Positions 7,170 to 15,990 of a DNA stretch of 32,000 bases are shown here, in pieces. The DNA comes from Moraxella nasovis (GTDB taxonomy: Bacteria; Pseudomonadota; Gammaproteobacteria; Pseudomonadales; Moraxellaceae). The notes beneath the pieces are model-generated. The model worked only from the letters and a program-made list of their open reading frames with translations. It made no database searches and was not told the DNA's origin. The stretch's first letter is position 1. Each line of letters opens with the position of its first letter. The stretch spans positions 1,110,001-1,142,000 of the forward strand of contig NZ_CP089976.1 of the NCBI RefSeq assembly GCF_022701215.1. The letters run 5' to 3'. The position numbers and the translations under genes were made by a program.

Positions 7170-9056
7170 ATGACTAATTACACTTCTCAAAACTTAGAAG
7201 TCTTAACTGGGCTTGAGCCTGTTCGCCGTCGTCCTGGTATGTACACTGACACCACACGCCCCAACCATTTGGCAGCAGAGGTGATTGATAACTCGGTTGA
7301 TGAAGCCTTGGCAGGGCATGCTAAGAACATCACTGTAACCCTGCATGCAGATGGTTCTTTATCGGTGCTTGATGATGGGCGTGGTATGCCAACGGATATC
7401 CACCCTGAGTTTGGTCAGTCAGGCATAGAGCTTATCTTAACTCGGCTGCATGCAGGCGGTAAATTTAGCACCGATAATTATGCCATATCAGGTGGCTTGC
7501 ATGGTGTGGGGATTAGCGTGGTGAATGCCTTATCGCACCGTGTTGAGGTTACAGTTTGGCGAGATGGCTTTGAGTATACGATGGCGTTTGAAGAGGGAGT
7601 AGCGGTTACGCCACTAACCCAAGCTGCCGCCAAAAATAAGAAAATGCGTGGCACTAAAGTGCAGTTTTGGGCAGATGAGCGATATTTTGATCACCCAAAA
7701 TTTGCCATCAAGCCACTAAAGCACAGCCTACAAGCCAAGGCGGTGTTATTGGCGGGGCTTTTGGTTAGGTTCGTTGATGAGGTGGGTGATGAGAGCGAGT
7801 CTTGGCAATATACTGATGGCGTGGTGCAGTATCTAACAGAGCAGCTTGGCGATGTGCCAACGCTGCCAGAAGAGCCGTTTTATTTTGGCACCGAGCCAAA
7901 AGCGGGCGAGCGAGGAGCGGCAACTTTTGCGATATCGTGGCTGCCTGAGGGTGGTAATGCTATCCAAGAAAGTTATGTCAATCTGATTCCGACAGCCCAA
8001 GGTGGCACGCATGTCAATGGACTGCGTACTGGCGTGCTTGAAGCGTTACGAGAGTTTTGCGAGATTCATAACTTACTGCCACGTTCTGTGCGTCTTAGTG
8101 CTGATGATGTATGGGATGGGGTGAATTTTATTTTATCCTTAAAATTTGCCGAACCCCAGTTTAGCGGTCAGACCAAAGAACGCTTATCTAGCCGAGAGGC
8201 AGCTCCCATCGTACAGACGCTTGCCAAAGACAGCTTTAGCTTGTGGCTAAATGCCAATCCTGATACTGCCAAAACAATCGCTGAGCTTGCCATTCATAAA
8301 GCGGGTAAACGCCTAAAATCTGCCCAAAAAGTCGCTCGCAAAAAGACAGTGGGCGGGCCTGCCTTGCCAGGTAAGCTCGCTGATTGTAAGGGTGATTTAC
8401 AAGATGGGGCAGAGCTTTTCTTAGTTGAGGGTGATTCGGCAGGGGGGAGTGCTAAGCAAGCCAGAGATAGACATTTTCAGGCGATTTTACCGCTGCGTGG
8501 TAAAATTTTAAATAGCTGGGAGGTGTCAAGCGATACGGTGTTATCCAGTAATGAAATCCACGACATCGCCATCGCCATCGGTATGGATCCTAATTCAGAT
8601 GATTTATCTGAGCTGCGTTATGAGAAGATTTGTATCTTAGCGGATGCAGACTCAGACGGCTTGCACATTGCCACGCTGATCTGTGCGTTATTTGTCAAGC
8701 ACTTTAAAAGCCTTGTTGAGGCGGGGCATTTATTTGTTGCGATGCCACCTTTATATCGTGTGGACATCGCCAAAGACGTGCATTACGCACTTGATCAAGA
8801 TGAGCTTGATGCGATTTTACAAAAGGCGGGCAATAAAAAGCCACAAATCACTCGCTTTAAAGGCTTAGGTGAGATGAGTGCTGATCAGCTGCGTGAGACC
8901 ACGATGAACCCAGACACTCGCCGTTTGGTTCAGCTAGATATTGATGATTTTGGTGAGACCAGTAGCATCATGGATATGCTCCTTGCCAAAAAACGTGCCG
9001 CCGACCGTAAGGCGTGGCTAGAGACAAAAGGCGACTTAGCGCAGATAAGTGTGTAG
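7170..9056 (+). CDS. parE: DNA topoisomerase IV subunit B
   Basis: The 628-aa product has the GHKL ATPase motif EVIDNSVDEALAGH, the Toprim motifs EGDSAGG and ILADADSDGLHI, and the PLRGKILN motif. Its length is ParE-like (about 630 aa) rather than GyrB-like. Confidence 0.95.
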   Translation: MTNYTSQNLEVLTGLEPVRRRPGMYTDTTRPNHLAAEVIDNSVDEALAGHAKNITVTLHADGSLSVLDDGRGMPTDIHPEFGQSGIELILTRLHAGGKFSTDNYAISGGLHGVGISVVNALSHRVEVTVWRDGFEYTMAFEEGVAVTPLTQAAAKNKKMRGTKVQFWADERYFDHPKFAIKPLKHSLQAKAVLLAGLLVRFVDEVGDESESWQYTDGVVQYLTEQLGDVPTLPEEPFYFGTEPKAGERGAATFAISWLPEGGNAIQESYVNLIPTAQGGTHVNGLRTGVLEALREFCEIHNLLPRSVRLSADDVWDGVNFILSLKFAEPQFSGQTKERLSSREAAPIVQTLAKDSFSLWLNANPDTAKTIAELAIHKAGKRLKSAQKVARKKTVGGPALPGKLADCKGDLQDGAELFLVEGDSAGGSAKQARDRHFQAILPLRGKILNSWEVSSDTVLSSNEIHDIAIAIGMDPNSDDLSELRYEKICILADADSDGLHIATLICALFVKHFKSLVEAGHLFVAMPPLYRVDIAKDVHYALDQDELDAILQKAGNKKPQITRFKGLGEMSADQLRETTMNPDTRRLVQLDIDDFGETSSIMDMLLAKKRAADRKAWLETKGDLAQISV

Positions 9057-9259
9057 AGCGTGGTCAATGTGGTCAATGTGGTGTGAGTAAGTGTGCTAAT
9101 GTTCCACGTGAAACCAAATTTTAGCATCTGGTATCATAGTTAGCAAAAATAACGGTATAAACAAGCAACAAAGGCTAGATTTATACTTAAAAAATAGTTA
9201 TAGTAAGACGCTTTTTTATTTTTTTTATTTTTTTTATTTTTGATGTTATTGGAGTGGGT

Positions 9260-10474
9260 ATGCAAGCACTGATTCATGCTTATTTGCGTGCAGGATTAGT
9301 ACCGCTGATTATCTTAGGGCTGGTTCTAGGTGCGATTATCGGAGCGTTATTGCCGTCTGTGGGTATCGCTGTCGGTATTTTAGGTTCTATTTTCGTCGGG
9401 GCATTAAAGGCGGTAGCACCGATTTTGGTGTTCGTCTTAGTGATGGCGGCGGTTACGTCGTATCGTGGCAGTGGCGGTAATTTACGCATTAAGCCTGTCA
9501 TAGTGCTGTATTTATTTGGCACATTTGCGGCAGCATTGACAGCGGTTGCTGCCAGTTTTTTGTTTCCGACAGAGCTTGCGTTATCTGCCGTTGAGAGCGT
9601 TGAGCAGTCTGCCCCGCAAAGCTTGCCAGAAGTTTTGACAAATCTTTTGATGAATCTTGTGGCAAACCCTGTAAAATCCTTGGCAGAAGCCAACTACATG
9701 GGCATTTTGACGTGGGCAATCTTAATCGGCTTGGCACTGCGTCATGCAAGCGATACCACACGCCAAGTGGTCAGCGATCTGTCGGCAGCGATTACCAGCG
9801 TCGTTAAATGGGTGATTGCTTTAGCGCCGATTGGTATTTTTGGCTTAGTGGCAGCGACTGTGGCCGAGACGGGCTTATCCACGTTATTAAGCTATGCTAG
9901 ATTACTGTTTGTGCTGGTTGGCTCAATGCTGTTTATCGCTCTTGTGGTCAATCCGATCATCGTATCTGCAATAACTCGCAAAAACCCTTATCCGTTAGTA
10001 TTTGCCTGCCTGCGTGAGTCTGGCGTAACGGCGTTTTTTACACGCTCAAGTGCGGCAAACATTCCTGTAAACATGAACCTAGCTCGCAAGCTTGGGCTAA
10101 ATGAAGAGAACTATTCGGTTACCATTCCGCTTGGGGCGACCATTAACATGGCAGGTGCTGCAATCACCATTAACGTGCTGACTTTAGCGGCAGCCCATAC
10201 GCTTGGTATCGAGGTGAGCTTTGGCTCAGCGTTATTGCTTGCTGTCGTGGGTAGCTTATCGGCGTGTGGAGCGTCTGGTGTGGCAGGTGGGTCACTGCTA
10301 CTAATTCCATTAGCGTGTAGCTTGTTTAACATTCCAAATGATATCGCCATGCAAGTGGTTGCTATCGGCTTTATCATTGGGGTTATCCAAGACTCAGCAG
10401 AAACTGCTCTAAACTCATCAACAGATGTGCTGTTCACCGCTGCTGCTGACCCTAAATACGCCTACCAAGGCTAA
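9260..10474 (+). CDS. sstT: Serine/threonine:sodium symporter (DAACS family)
   Basis: The product is a polytopic membrane protein. [19 protein letters not shown] and the [14 protein letters not shown] region match the E. coli SstT layout as I recall it. The ATG at 9260 lies 5 nt after ggag (9251-9254); the track's GTG at 9254 is a less likely start. Confidence 0.88.
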   Translation: MQALIHAYLRAGLVPLIILGLVLGAIIGALLPSVGIAVGILGSIFVGALKAVAPILVFVLVMAAVTSYRGSGGNLRIKPVIVLYLFGTFAAALTAVAASFLFPTELALSAVESVEQSAPQSLPEVLTNLLMNLVANPVKSLAEANYMGILTWAILIGLALRHASDTTRQVVSDLSAAITSVVKWVIALAPIGIFGLVAATVAETGLSTLLSYARLLFVLVGSMLFIALVVNPIIVSAITRKNPYPLVFACLRESGVTAFFTRSSAANIPVNMNLARKLGLNEENYSVTIPLGATINMAGAAITINVLTLAAAHTLGIEVSFGSALLLAVVGSLSACGASGVAGGSLLLIPLACSLFNIPNDIAMQVVAIGFIIGVIQDSAETALNSSTDVLFTAAADPKYAYQG

Positions 10475-10490
10475 TATGATAAGATAAGCC

Positions 10491-10524
10491 AAAACCGACC
10501 GATAGGGTCGGTTTTGTTGTTTTT
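10491..10524 (+). terminator. Rho-independent terminator after sstT
   Basis: A 10-bp stem aaaaccgacc/ggtcggtttt with a 5-nt loop is followed by gttgttttt. Confidence 0.8.
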
Positions 10525-10560
10525 GGTGGTGTGTTTTGTTGCTAAAATATTAAAAAGTAC

Positions 10561-10588
10561 TTGTAACTTTGGCATTATAATTTATAAT
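10561..10588 (+). promoter_or_regulatory. Candidate sigma70 promoter for the LysR gene
   Basis: -35 ttgtaa (10561-10566), 16-nt spacer, -10 tataat (10583-10588). It lies about 35 nt upstream of the GTG start. Confidence 0.35.
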
Positions 10589-10623
10589 ATTATCTTATAC
10601 GTAGATAATTAGGATTAATAATC

Positions 10624-11541
10624 GTGAGTACCACGCTTCGCCAATTGCGTGCTTTTGTTCTAGTTGCAGAACAAAACAGCTTTACCAAGGCAGCAGAAAG
10701 CTTATGCTTGACGCAGTCTGCCTTAAGTGGCTTGATTAAGGAGCTTGAACAAAACTTAGACGTAAAGCTGTTTGATCGTACGACACGCAAGCTGCACTTA
10801 TCAGATGCAGGAGCTAGACTGTTACCCCAAGCTCGGCGGGTGCTTAATGAAGTAAGCGTGCTAAACGAGAAAGTCAATAATCTAAAATCCTTGCACCAAG
10901 GACACGTTCGCTTGGCGGTGTCGCAGCAGCTATCTGCCAGCACCATGCCAAAATTCATTGCTAAATTTTGTGAGCTGCACCCAAATATCCAAGTAACGCT
11001 AACCGACTGCTCGGTAGATGACGTTGTCAGGCACATCGAGAATTTAGAAGCAGATCTTGGTATTGCACCAGAACGATTCTATGGAGATGACTTACACGTA
11101 GATACGCTGTTTAGTTCGCCATTTTACCTAGTTTTACCAAGCACGCACGCTTTTGCCAAAAAAGAGGCGGTGCAGTGGGAGGATTTGCTTAGCCAAAGAC
11201 TAATTACGCTAAACGGACCCTTTATTAAAGGCTTACAAAATGAGCTACCTGCACACATCTCTAACCGTATCTTTAGTTCAGATTTTGAGGTGAATTTCTT
11301 ATCAACAGCACTGGGTATGACACGCATGGGGCTTGGCATTACCTTATGTCTGCTGTATGCTGCTGAGTGGGTGGAACAAAATGGACTGGTGATGCGTCCG
11401 ATTACAAGCCCCATCGTTGAGCGAAAATTTTTACTATACACCCATAAAAATCGTTCACTGGCACCAGCGGCGTTGGCGTTTAAGGAATTTTTGATTAACA
11501 ATGCACATGAGTTTTTGGTCAGCTCGCCAAGCACAGCTTAA
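10624..11541 (+). CDS. LysR-family transcriptional regulator
   Basis: The N-terminal wHTH is LRQLRAFVLVAEQNSFTKAAESLCLTQSALSGLIKELE, followed by an approximately 200-aa co-inducer domain. The start is GTG with agga 9 nt upstream. Confidence 0.9.
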   Translation: MSTTLRQLRAFVLVAEQNSFTKAAESLCLTQSALSGLIKELEQNLDVKLFDRTTRKLHLSDAGARLLPQARRVLNEVSVLNEKVNNLKSLHQGHVRLAVSQQLSASTMPKFIAKFCELHPNIQVTLTDCSVDDVVRHIENLEADLGIAPERFYGDDLHVDTLFSSPFYLVLPSTHAFAKKEAVQWEDLLSQRLITLNGPFIKGLQNELPAHISNRIFSSDFEVNFLSTALGMTRMGLGITLCLLYAAEWVEQNGLVMRPITSPIVERKFLLYTHKNRSLAPAALAFKEFLINNAHEFLVSSPSTA

Positions 11542-11649
11542 GCTTGTATCAATCTAATTTGAATTAAGCTTATAAAAATTTCATCACAAAACAGACCTAA
11601 TTTGCGTTATACTAATTTTAATCTTACTCATTTAACCAAAGGAGATACC

Positions 11650-12846
11650 ATGTTTGAACACGTCACCCCTTATGCTGGCGACCCAATCTTGGGTTTGATG
11701 GATAAATTTGCAAACGATGATCGCACCGATATTAAGGTGAATCTTGGTGTGGGCGTGTACTACACAGAAGATGGCAAATTACCTGTCCTAGAATGTGTAA
11801 AAGCTGCCGAAAAACAAATCGCGAGCCCCCCAAAAGCTCGTGGCTACCTTCCGATGGATGGCTTGCCAGGGTATCGCAAAGCCTGCCAAAACTTGCTGTT
11901 TGGTCGTGATAGCGACGTGCTAAAAGCAGGGCGTGTGGCGACAATCGCAACGCTTGGCGGTAGTGGTGCTCTAAAAGTGGGTGCAGAATTTATCCACGAC
12001 TGGTTCCCAAAAGCCACATGCTATGTGTCTGACCCAACATGGGGTAACCACATCGGTATTTTTGAAGGTTCAGGTGTTGAAGTTAAAAAGTACCCCTACT
12101 ATGACGCTAAGACAATCGGTGTTAAGTTTGATGAACTGTGCGAATTTTTCAAAAACTTAAACGAAAATGACGTGGTGCTACTACACCCATGTTGCCATAA
12201 CCCAACGGGTGTAGATTTGACAAATGAGCAGTGGGATACTGTTCTTGAGATTGTCAAAGATAAAAAACTCATTCCGTTTATGGATATCGCTTACCAAGGC
12301 TTTGGCGATGATATGGAAGGTGATGCCTATGCCATTCGTCGTGCGGTAGAAATGGGGCTGACGGTCTTTGTGTCAAACTCGTTTTCTAAAAACTTATCGC
12401 TGTATGGTGAGCGTGTCGGTGGTCTGTCAGTCGTTTGCCCAAGCAAAGAAGAGGCCGAAGTGGTACAAGGTCAGCTAAAATTCATCGTTCGCCGCATTTA
12501 TTCAAGCCCAGCATCGCATGGCAACCATGTGGTGGATATCGTGATGAATAACGATGAGTTATTTACCCAGTGGATTGGTGAAGTCTATGAGATGCGTGAT
12601 CGCATTCGTGATATGCGTCAAAAACTTCAAGACACGCTGTCTGCTAAGCTGCCTGAGCGTGATTTTAGCTACTTTACTAAGCAGCGTGGTATGTTTAGCT
12701 TTACAGGGCTAACGGCTGAGCAGGTGGTTCGTTTGCGTGAAGAGTTTGCTGTATATATGGTGGAAAATGGACGTATGTGCATTGCAGGACTCAATAATAA
12801 AAACGTTGATTATGTGGCTAATGCGATTGCACAAGTGCTTAAATAA
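11650..12846 (+). CDS. tyrB: Class I aspartate/aromatic amino-acid aminotransferase (AspC/TyrB family)
   Basis: MFEHVTPYAGDPILGLMDKF...VNLGVGVYY parallels the E. coli TyrB/AspC N-termini. The PLP-lysine context SFSKNLSLYGERVG is present. The SD ggaga (11641-11645) precedes the ATG at 11650; the track's start at 11602 is an upstream extension. TyrB versus AspC cannot be settled from sequence alone. Confidence 0.88.
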   Translation: MFEHVTPYAGDPILGLMDKFANDDRTDIKVNLGVGVYYTEDGKLPVLECVKAAEKQIASPPKARGYLPMDGLPGYRKACQNLLFGRDSDVLKAGRVATIATLGGSGALKVGAEFIHDWFPKATCYVSDPTWGNHIGIFEGSGVEVKKYPYYDAKTIGVKFDELCEFFKNLNENDVVLLHPCCHNPTGVDLTNEQWDTVLEIVKDKKLIPFMDIAYQGFGDDMEGDAYAIRRAVEMGLTVFVSNSFSKNLSLYGERVGGLSVVCPSKEEAEVVQGQLKFIVRRIYSSPASHGNHVVDIVMNNDELFTQWIGEVYEMRDRIRDMRQKLQDTLSAKLPERDFSYFTKQRGMFSFTGLTAEQVVRLREEFAVYMVENGRMCIAGLNNKNVDYVANAIAQVLK

Positions 12847-12877
12847 TCATTGTTAAGACATTTAGCAATAAACCAAA

Positions 12878-12917
12878 CCCCAAAGTAAGCTATCTTAGCT
12901 TTGGGGTGTTTTTTTTT
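12878..12917 (+). terminator. Rho-independent terminator after the aminotransferase gene
   Basis: The stem is ccccaaag/ctttgggg, followed by a T9 run (12909-12917). Confidence 0.8.
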
Positions 12918-13234
12918 GTGATACGCATAACTCTTTAGGCGAAAGTCATGACTTATTATAAGCAAATAAGTATTTGTCTGTTTGGCTTGTTATCGTTTTT
13001 GGTGGTTTTGTGATGCAATACCATTCCCAAAATATAAAGTACTTTTGTAGGTGGGGGAAAGCAAAGCGACCCCAACGCTTGTAAATGCTTAGCGTCATAT
13101 TTTCACTGAGCCTACAAACGATTTTAATGATTGGGATTGGCATAAAGTAAGTGTCTTTGGTTTAAGAATAAGAAATTGGTGAATGCCAATATAGCCATCT
13201 AAAAGCCAATGATGAGCCAATGATGAGCCAATGA

Positions 13235-13263
13235 TTAGGGCGACCCGCTTTGAGTCGCCCTAA
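13235..13263. terminator. Strong hairpin between convergent genes; the terminator orientation is ambiguous
   Basis: A 10-bp stem ttagggcgac/gtcgccctaa has a 9-nt loop. The + side is followed by ttgtttattta; the minus side lacks a T-tail. Confidence 0.4.
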
Positions 13264-13310
13264 TTGTTTATTTATGTATAAAACCTAATTTTTAGGTCTA
13301 AGCGTAATCA

Positions 13311-14819
13311 TTATAGCAAATCTTCATCTTTACGCACAGGTAGTGTCTTTGCGTCGCTTTGCTTTTCTGCTTTATCTTGGATACGCTTTAATAGACGTGC
13401 GGCAGCTTCACGACCGCCAAGACCAAAGGCAAGAGCGAACGCAACCGCCACTGCACCTAGTGTTAGACCAAATGCAAGATTTACGATGCTATCAGCGATG
13501 CCCATGGCTTTTAGACCCATCGCAAGCACTAGACCCATGATAAGGATGCGCACGATGTTTGCAAGTAAGCGTGAGCCTTGTTCAGAACGCTCAACGATGC
13601 CTGCAATGATATTGGCAAGCCAAAAACCGATGGTTAAGATGATAGAACCTAAAATAATCTGACCGCCAAACTCTATGAACATGGCGATGATGTAGCTGAT
13701 TTGGTTAAACCCAAGTAAATCAGCCGCTGCCATGCTTGCAAATAGCATTGCAAAAAATAAGATGGCATTACCAATCACTTCAGAGATAAGCTTAGTGCCA
13801 AAGATGCCTTGCATGCCAAGCTTAGTTGGTAGGGCGTTGATTTGGGTGTTGTCAAGGATATTCTTAATCACGCCAGTCAGCATGCGAACCACATAAAAAG
13901 TAATGACTAAGATGGCAATCGCTGTAAAGATGTTTGGCAGTGCTTCCATCACTTTATTTAGCATATTAGTTGCAGGACGGCTGATGGTTTCAACTTTCAA
14001 GGCGTCCAAAGCTGCGATGGTAAAAGGCACGATTACCAACAAGAAAGCTAACGAGCCTGCAATGCCAGCTAGGCTGTTTTTTTCGCTGATGCCTGCTTTG
14101 CTTGCGATGGCTTGGATATTTAGCCCTGCAACCAGACTGCTTACGATGCCACGAATGATTTTGGCAACGATAAAGCCCACAAAGAATATAAAGCCTGCAG
14201 TTAAGATGTTTGGTGCAAAACTAAAGATCTTATCAACCATATTTGTCAGCGGTAAGAACAGACCATCTAGCCCTAAGCGACCTACCACCATGGTTAGAAC
14301 GACAAGGAGAATAAACCAGTAAATCATGTCAGCAATGGTACTGCTCATCGGCTTAATGCCAGCGTCTTGAGCAAGTTTCTCATCTAAGGACGTACGGCTC
14401 AAAGCAGCATTCGTTGCTGTGCGAGCGATGGTTGCGACAACCCAGCCAATCAGAGCGACGACCCCTGCTGCCAGTAGATTTGGCAAGAACAATAAGACTT
14501 GGTTAATCATGTTTGAAAAAGGGGCAGAGATGGAGTTTAGGTTTAGCTGGTTTAAAGCGGCTGAAATGCCGATAATAAAGATAAACCAAAACACCGCTTT
14601 AGCAAATAGATCGCTTAAGTTGTAGCTTGTGCCTGTTGATTGGCTTAAGCGTTCGTTTATACCTGTCTTAGATAGGGCTTTACGAGTAAAAGAAGCCAGT
14701 ACTAAAGCGGCAAACCAGCCAAGCACAAAGATGATAATAGCACCGACCACTGATCCTATCGGACCTTGTAGGGTCTGATTGAAGACGACAAATTCTGGAA
14801 AGTTCACAGATTTCTCCAA
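13311..14819 (-). CDS. Inner-membrane protein with five conserved TM-helix repeats (MscS N-terminal-like TM_helix family)
   Basis: Five internally repeated modules are present (LPNLLAAGVVALIGWVVATIARTA, APNILTAGFIFFVGFIVAKIIRGI, LPNIFTAIAILVITFYVVRMLTGV, and similar). The product is highly hydrophobic with a charged C-terminal tail. The track start is TTG at 14819; GTG at 14807, preceded by ggag at a 6-nt spacing, is a better start. Confidence 0.7.
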   Translation of the reverse strand: MEKSVNFPEFVVFNQTLQGPIGSVVGAIIIFVLGWFAALVLASFTRKALSKTGINERLSQSTGTSYNLSDLFAKAVFWFIFIIGISAALNQLNLNSISAPFSNMINQVLLFLPNLLAAGVVALIGWVVATIARTATNAALSRTSLDEKLAQDAGIKPMSSTIADMIYWFILLVVLTMVVGRLGLDGLFLPLTNMVDKIFSFAPNILTAGFIFFVGFIVAKIIRGIVSSLVAGLNIQAIASKAGISEKNSLAGIAGSLAFLLVIVPFTIAALDALKVETISRPATNMLNKVMEALPNIFTAIAILVITFYVVRMLTGVIKNILDNTQINALPTKLGMQGIFGTKLISEVIGNAILFFAMLFASMAAADLLGFNQISYIIAMFIEFGGQIILGSIILTIGFWLANIIAGIVERSEQGSRLLANIVRILIMGLVLAMGLKAMGIADSIVNLAFGLTLGAVAVAFALAFGLGGREAAARLLKRIQDKAEKQSDAKTLPVRKDEDLL

Positions 14820-15036
14820 GGTTGTTTAATTGATTAAATGTAAATTGAATGCTTGCTACGATTGTAAAATTTCGCAACAAACCCATAATGAGTTAGATTG
14901 TAACACTAAACGACCAATTCTCAAGCTATTTGGTTACTAGTTGCCAACAATTTTAACAAATTTAATACAACAATTAAGAATTCAAGGAGCTTGCTTGTGG
15001 TGAAAGCGGTTAAATTTTGTTATGATGGTACAGGTT

Positions 15037-15057
15037 TGCCAAGATGACTTCTTGGCA
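15037..15057 (+). promoter_or_regulatory. Terminator-like hairpin in the leader of the FKBP gene
   Basis: An 8-bp stem tgccaaga/tcttggca with a 5-nt loop is followed by tttgatatttgtgttt. No upstream + strand gene exists that it could terminate. Confidence 0.35.
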
Positions 15058-15101
15058 TTTGATATTTGTGTTTGATATTTGATTAATCAATTGAGAATTT
15101 T

Positions 15102-15938
15102 ATGAAAAAATCCGTTATTTTTACCGCTTTAGTTGCCAGCTTAACTTTAGCTGGGTGTAATGAAAAAGCCACTAACGATAAAGCCGAAGCCGCTCAAACC
15201 GCCACCCAAGTTGCTGTCGTAACCGATGCCAGTCCTGAAATGGATAAGGTCAGCTATATACTCGGCTATGATGCAGGCAAAAGCTTAAAACAAGCCGATG
15301 CTGAACTTAATACCGATATCATCGCTAAGGCTTTAGCAGATGGCTTTAATGGTAAAGACAGTGCATTAAAAGAAGAGCAGACCACTCAGGTGCTTAAGGC
15401 ATACCAAGAGCGTAAAGAAGCAGAAGCGGTCAAAGAAGTTGAAACCAAAGCGGCTAATAATAAAGCAGCAGGTGAAGAATTTTTAGCCAAAAATGCCAAA
15501 AAAGACGGCGTGAAAGTTACGCCATCAGGTCTACAATATAAAGTTATCACCGAAGGCACTGGTAAATCACCAAAAGCGACCGATACTGTCACTGTGCATT
15601 ATGAAGGCAGGCTGATTGATGGTACGGTGTTTGATTCATCTTATGAGCATGGCATGCCTGCCCAATTCCCACTTAACCAAGTCATCAAGGGCTGGACAGA
15701 AGGCATTCAGCTGATGAAAGAAGGTGGTAAATACGAGCTGTATGTTCCATCAGATTTGGCATACGGCGAACAAGGCAACCCTGCGATTGAACCAAACAGC
15801 GTACTGATTTTCACTGTAGAGTTATTAACTCCAGAACAAGTCAAAAAAGCCAGCGAAGAAGCCCAAGCGAAGATGGCAGAGCAAATCAAATCTGCTGTAG
15901 AGCAGGGTAAAGCAGATGGACAACAAAAAGTAAAATAA
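15102..15938 (+). CDS. fkpA: FKBP-type peptidyl-prolyl cis-trans isomerase, Mip/FkpA-like lipoprotein
   Basis: The lipobox is LTLAGC. An N-terminal dimerisation helix region precedes the FKBP domain (GLQYKVITEGTGKSP...VTVHYEGRLIDGTVFDSS...VIKGWTEGIQLMKEGGKYELYVPSDLAYG). Confidence 0.9.
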   Translation: MKKSVIFTALVASLTLAGCNEKATNDKAEAAQTATQVAVVTDASPEMDKVSYILGYDAGKSLKQADAELNTDIIAKALADGFNGKDSALKEEQTTQVLKAYQERKEAEAVKEVETKAANNKAAGEEFLAKNAKKDGVKVTPSGLQYKVITEGTGKSPKATDTVTVHYEGRLIDGTVFDSSYEHGMPAQFPLNQVIKGWTEGIQLMKEGGKYELYVPSDLAYGEQGNPAIEPNSVLIFTVELLTPEQVKKASEEAQAKMAEQIKSAVEQGKADGQQKVK

Positions 15939-15955
15939 TTTTATCGTGTTTAGCC

Positions 15956-15990
15956 AAACCCCCAAAGAAGTTTCATTGGGGGTTTTGTTT
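15956..15990. terminator. Bidirectional terminator between convergent fkpA and argA
   Basis: The 10-bp stem aaacccccaa/ttgggggttt is flanked by T-rich sequence on the + side and abuts the argA stop. Confidence 0.6.

Noticed and set aside
7057-7173. 38-codon ORF (MPHCFWVFLGFVGLFCS...) whose TGA overlaps the parE ATG (ATGA)
   Set aside because: The geometry of translational coupling is tempting. However, there is no SD, the hydrophobic run is a by-product of the GT-rich direct repeat, and it spans the likely parE -10 (tataat, 7107-7112). I treat it as chance unless Ribo-seq shows otherwise.
12946-13143. 65-aa minus-strand ORF between tyrB and the TM-helix gene
   Set aside because: It has no SD, runs through a palindromic REP-like element, and has an implausible composition.
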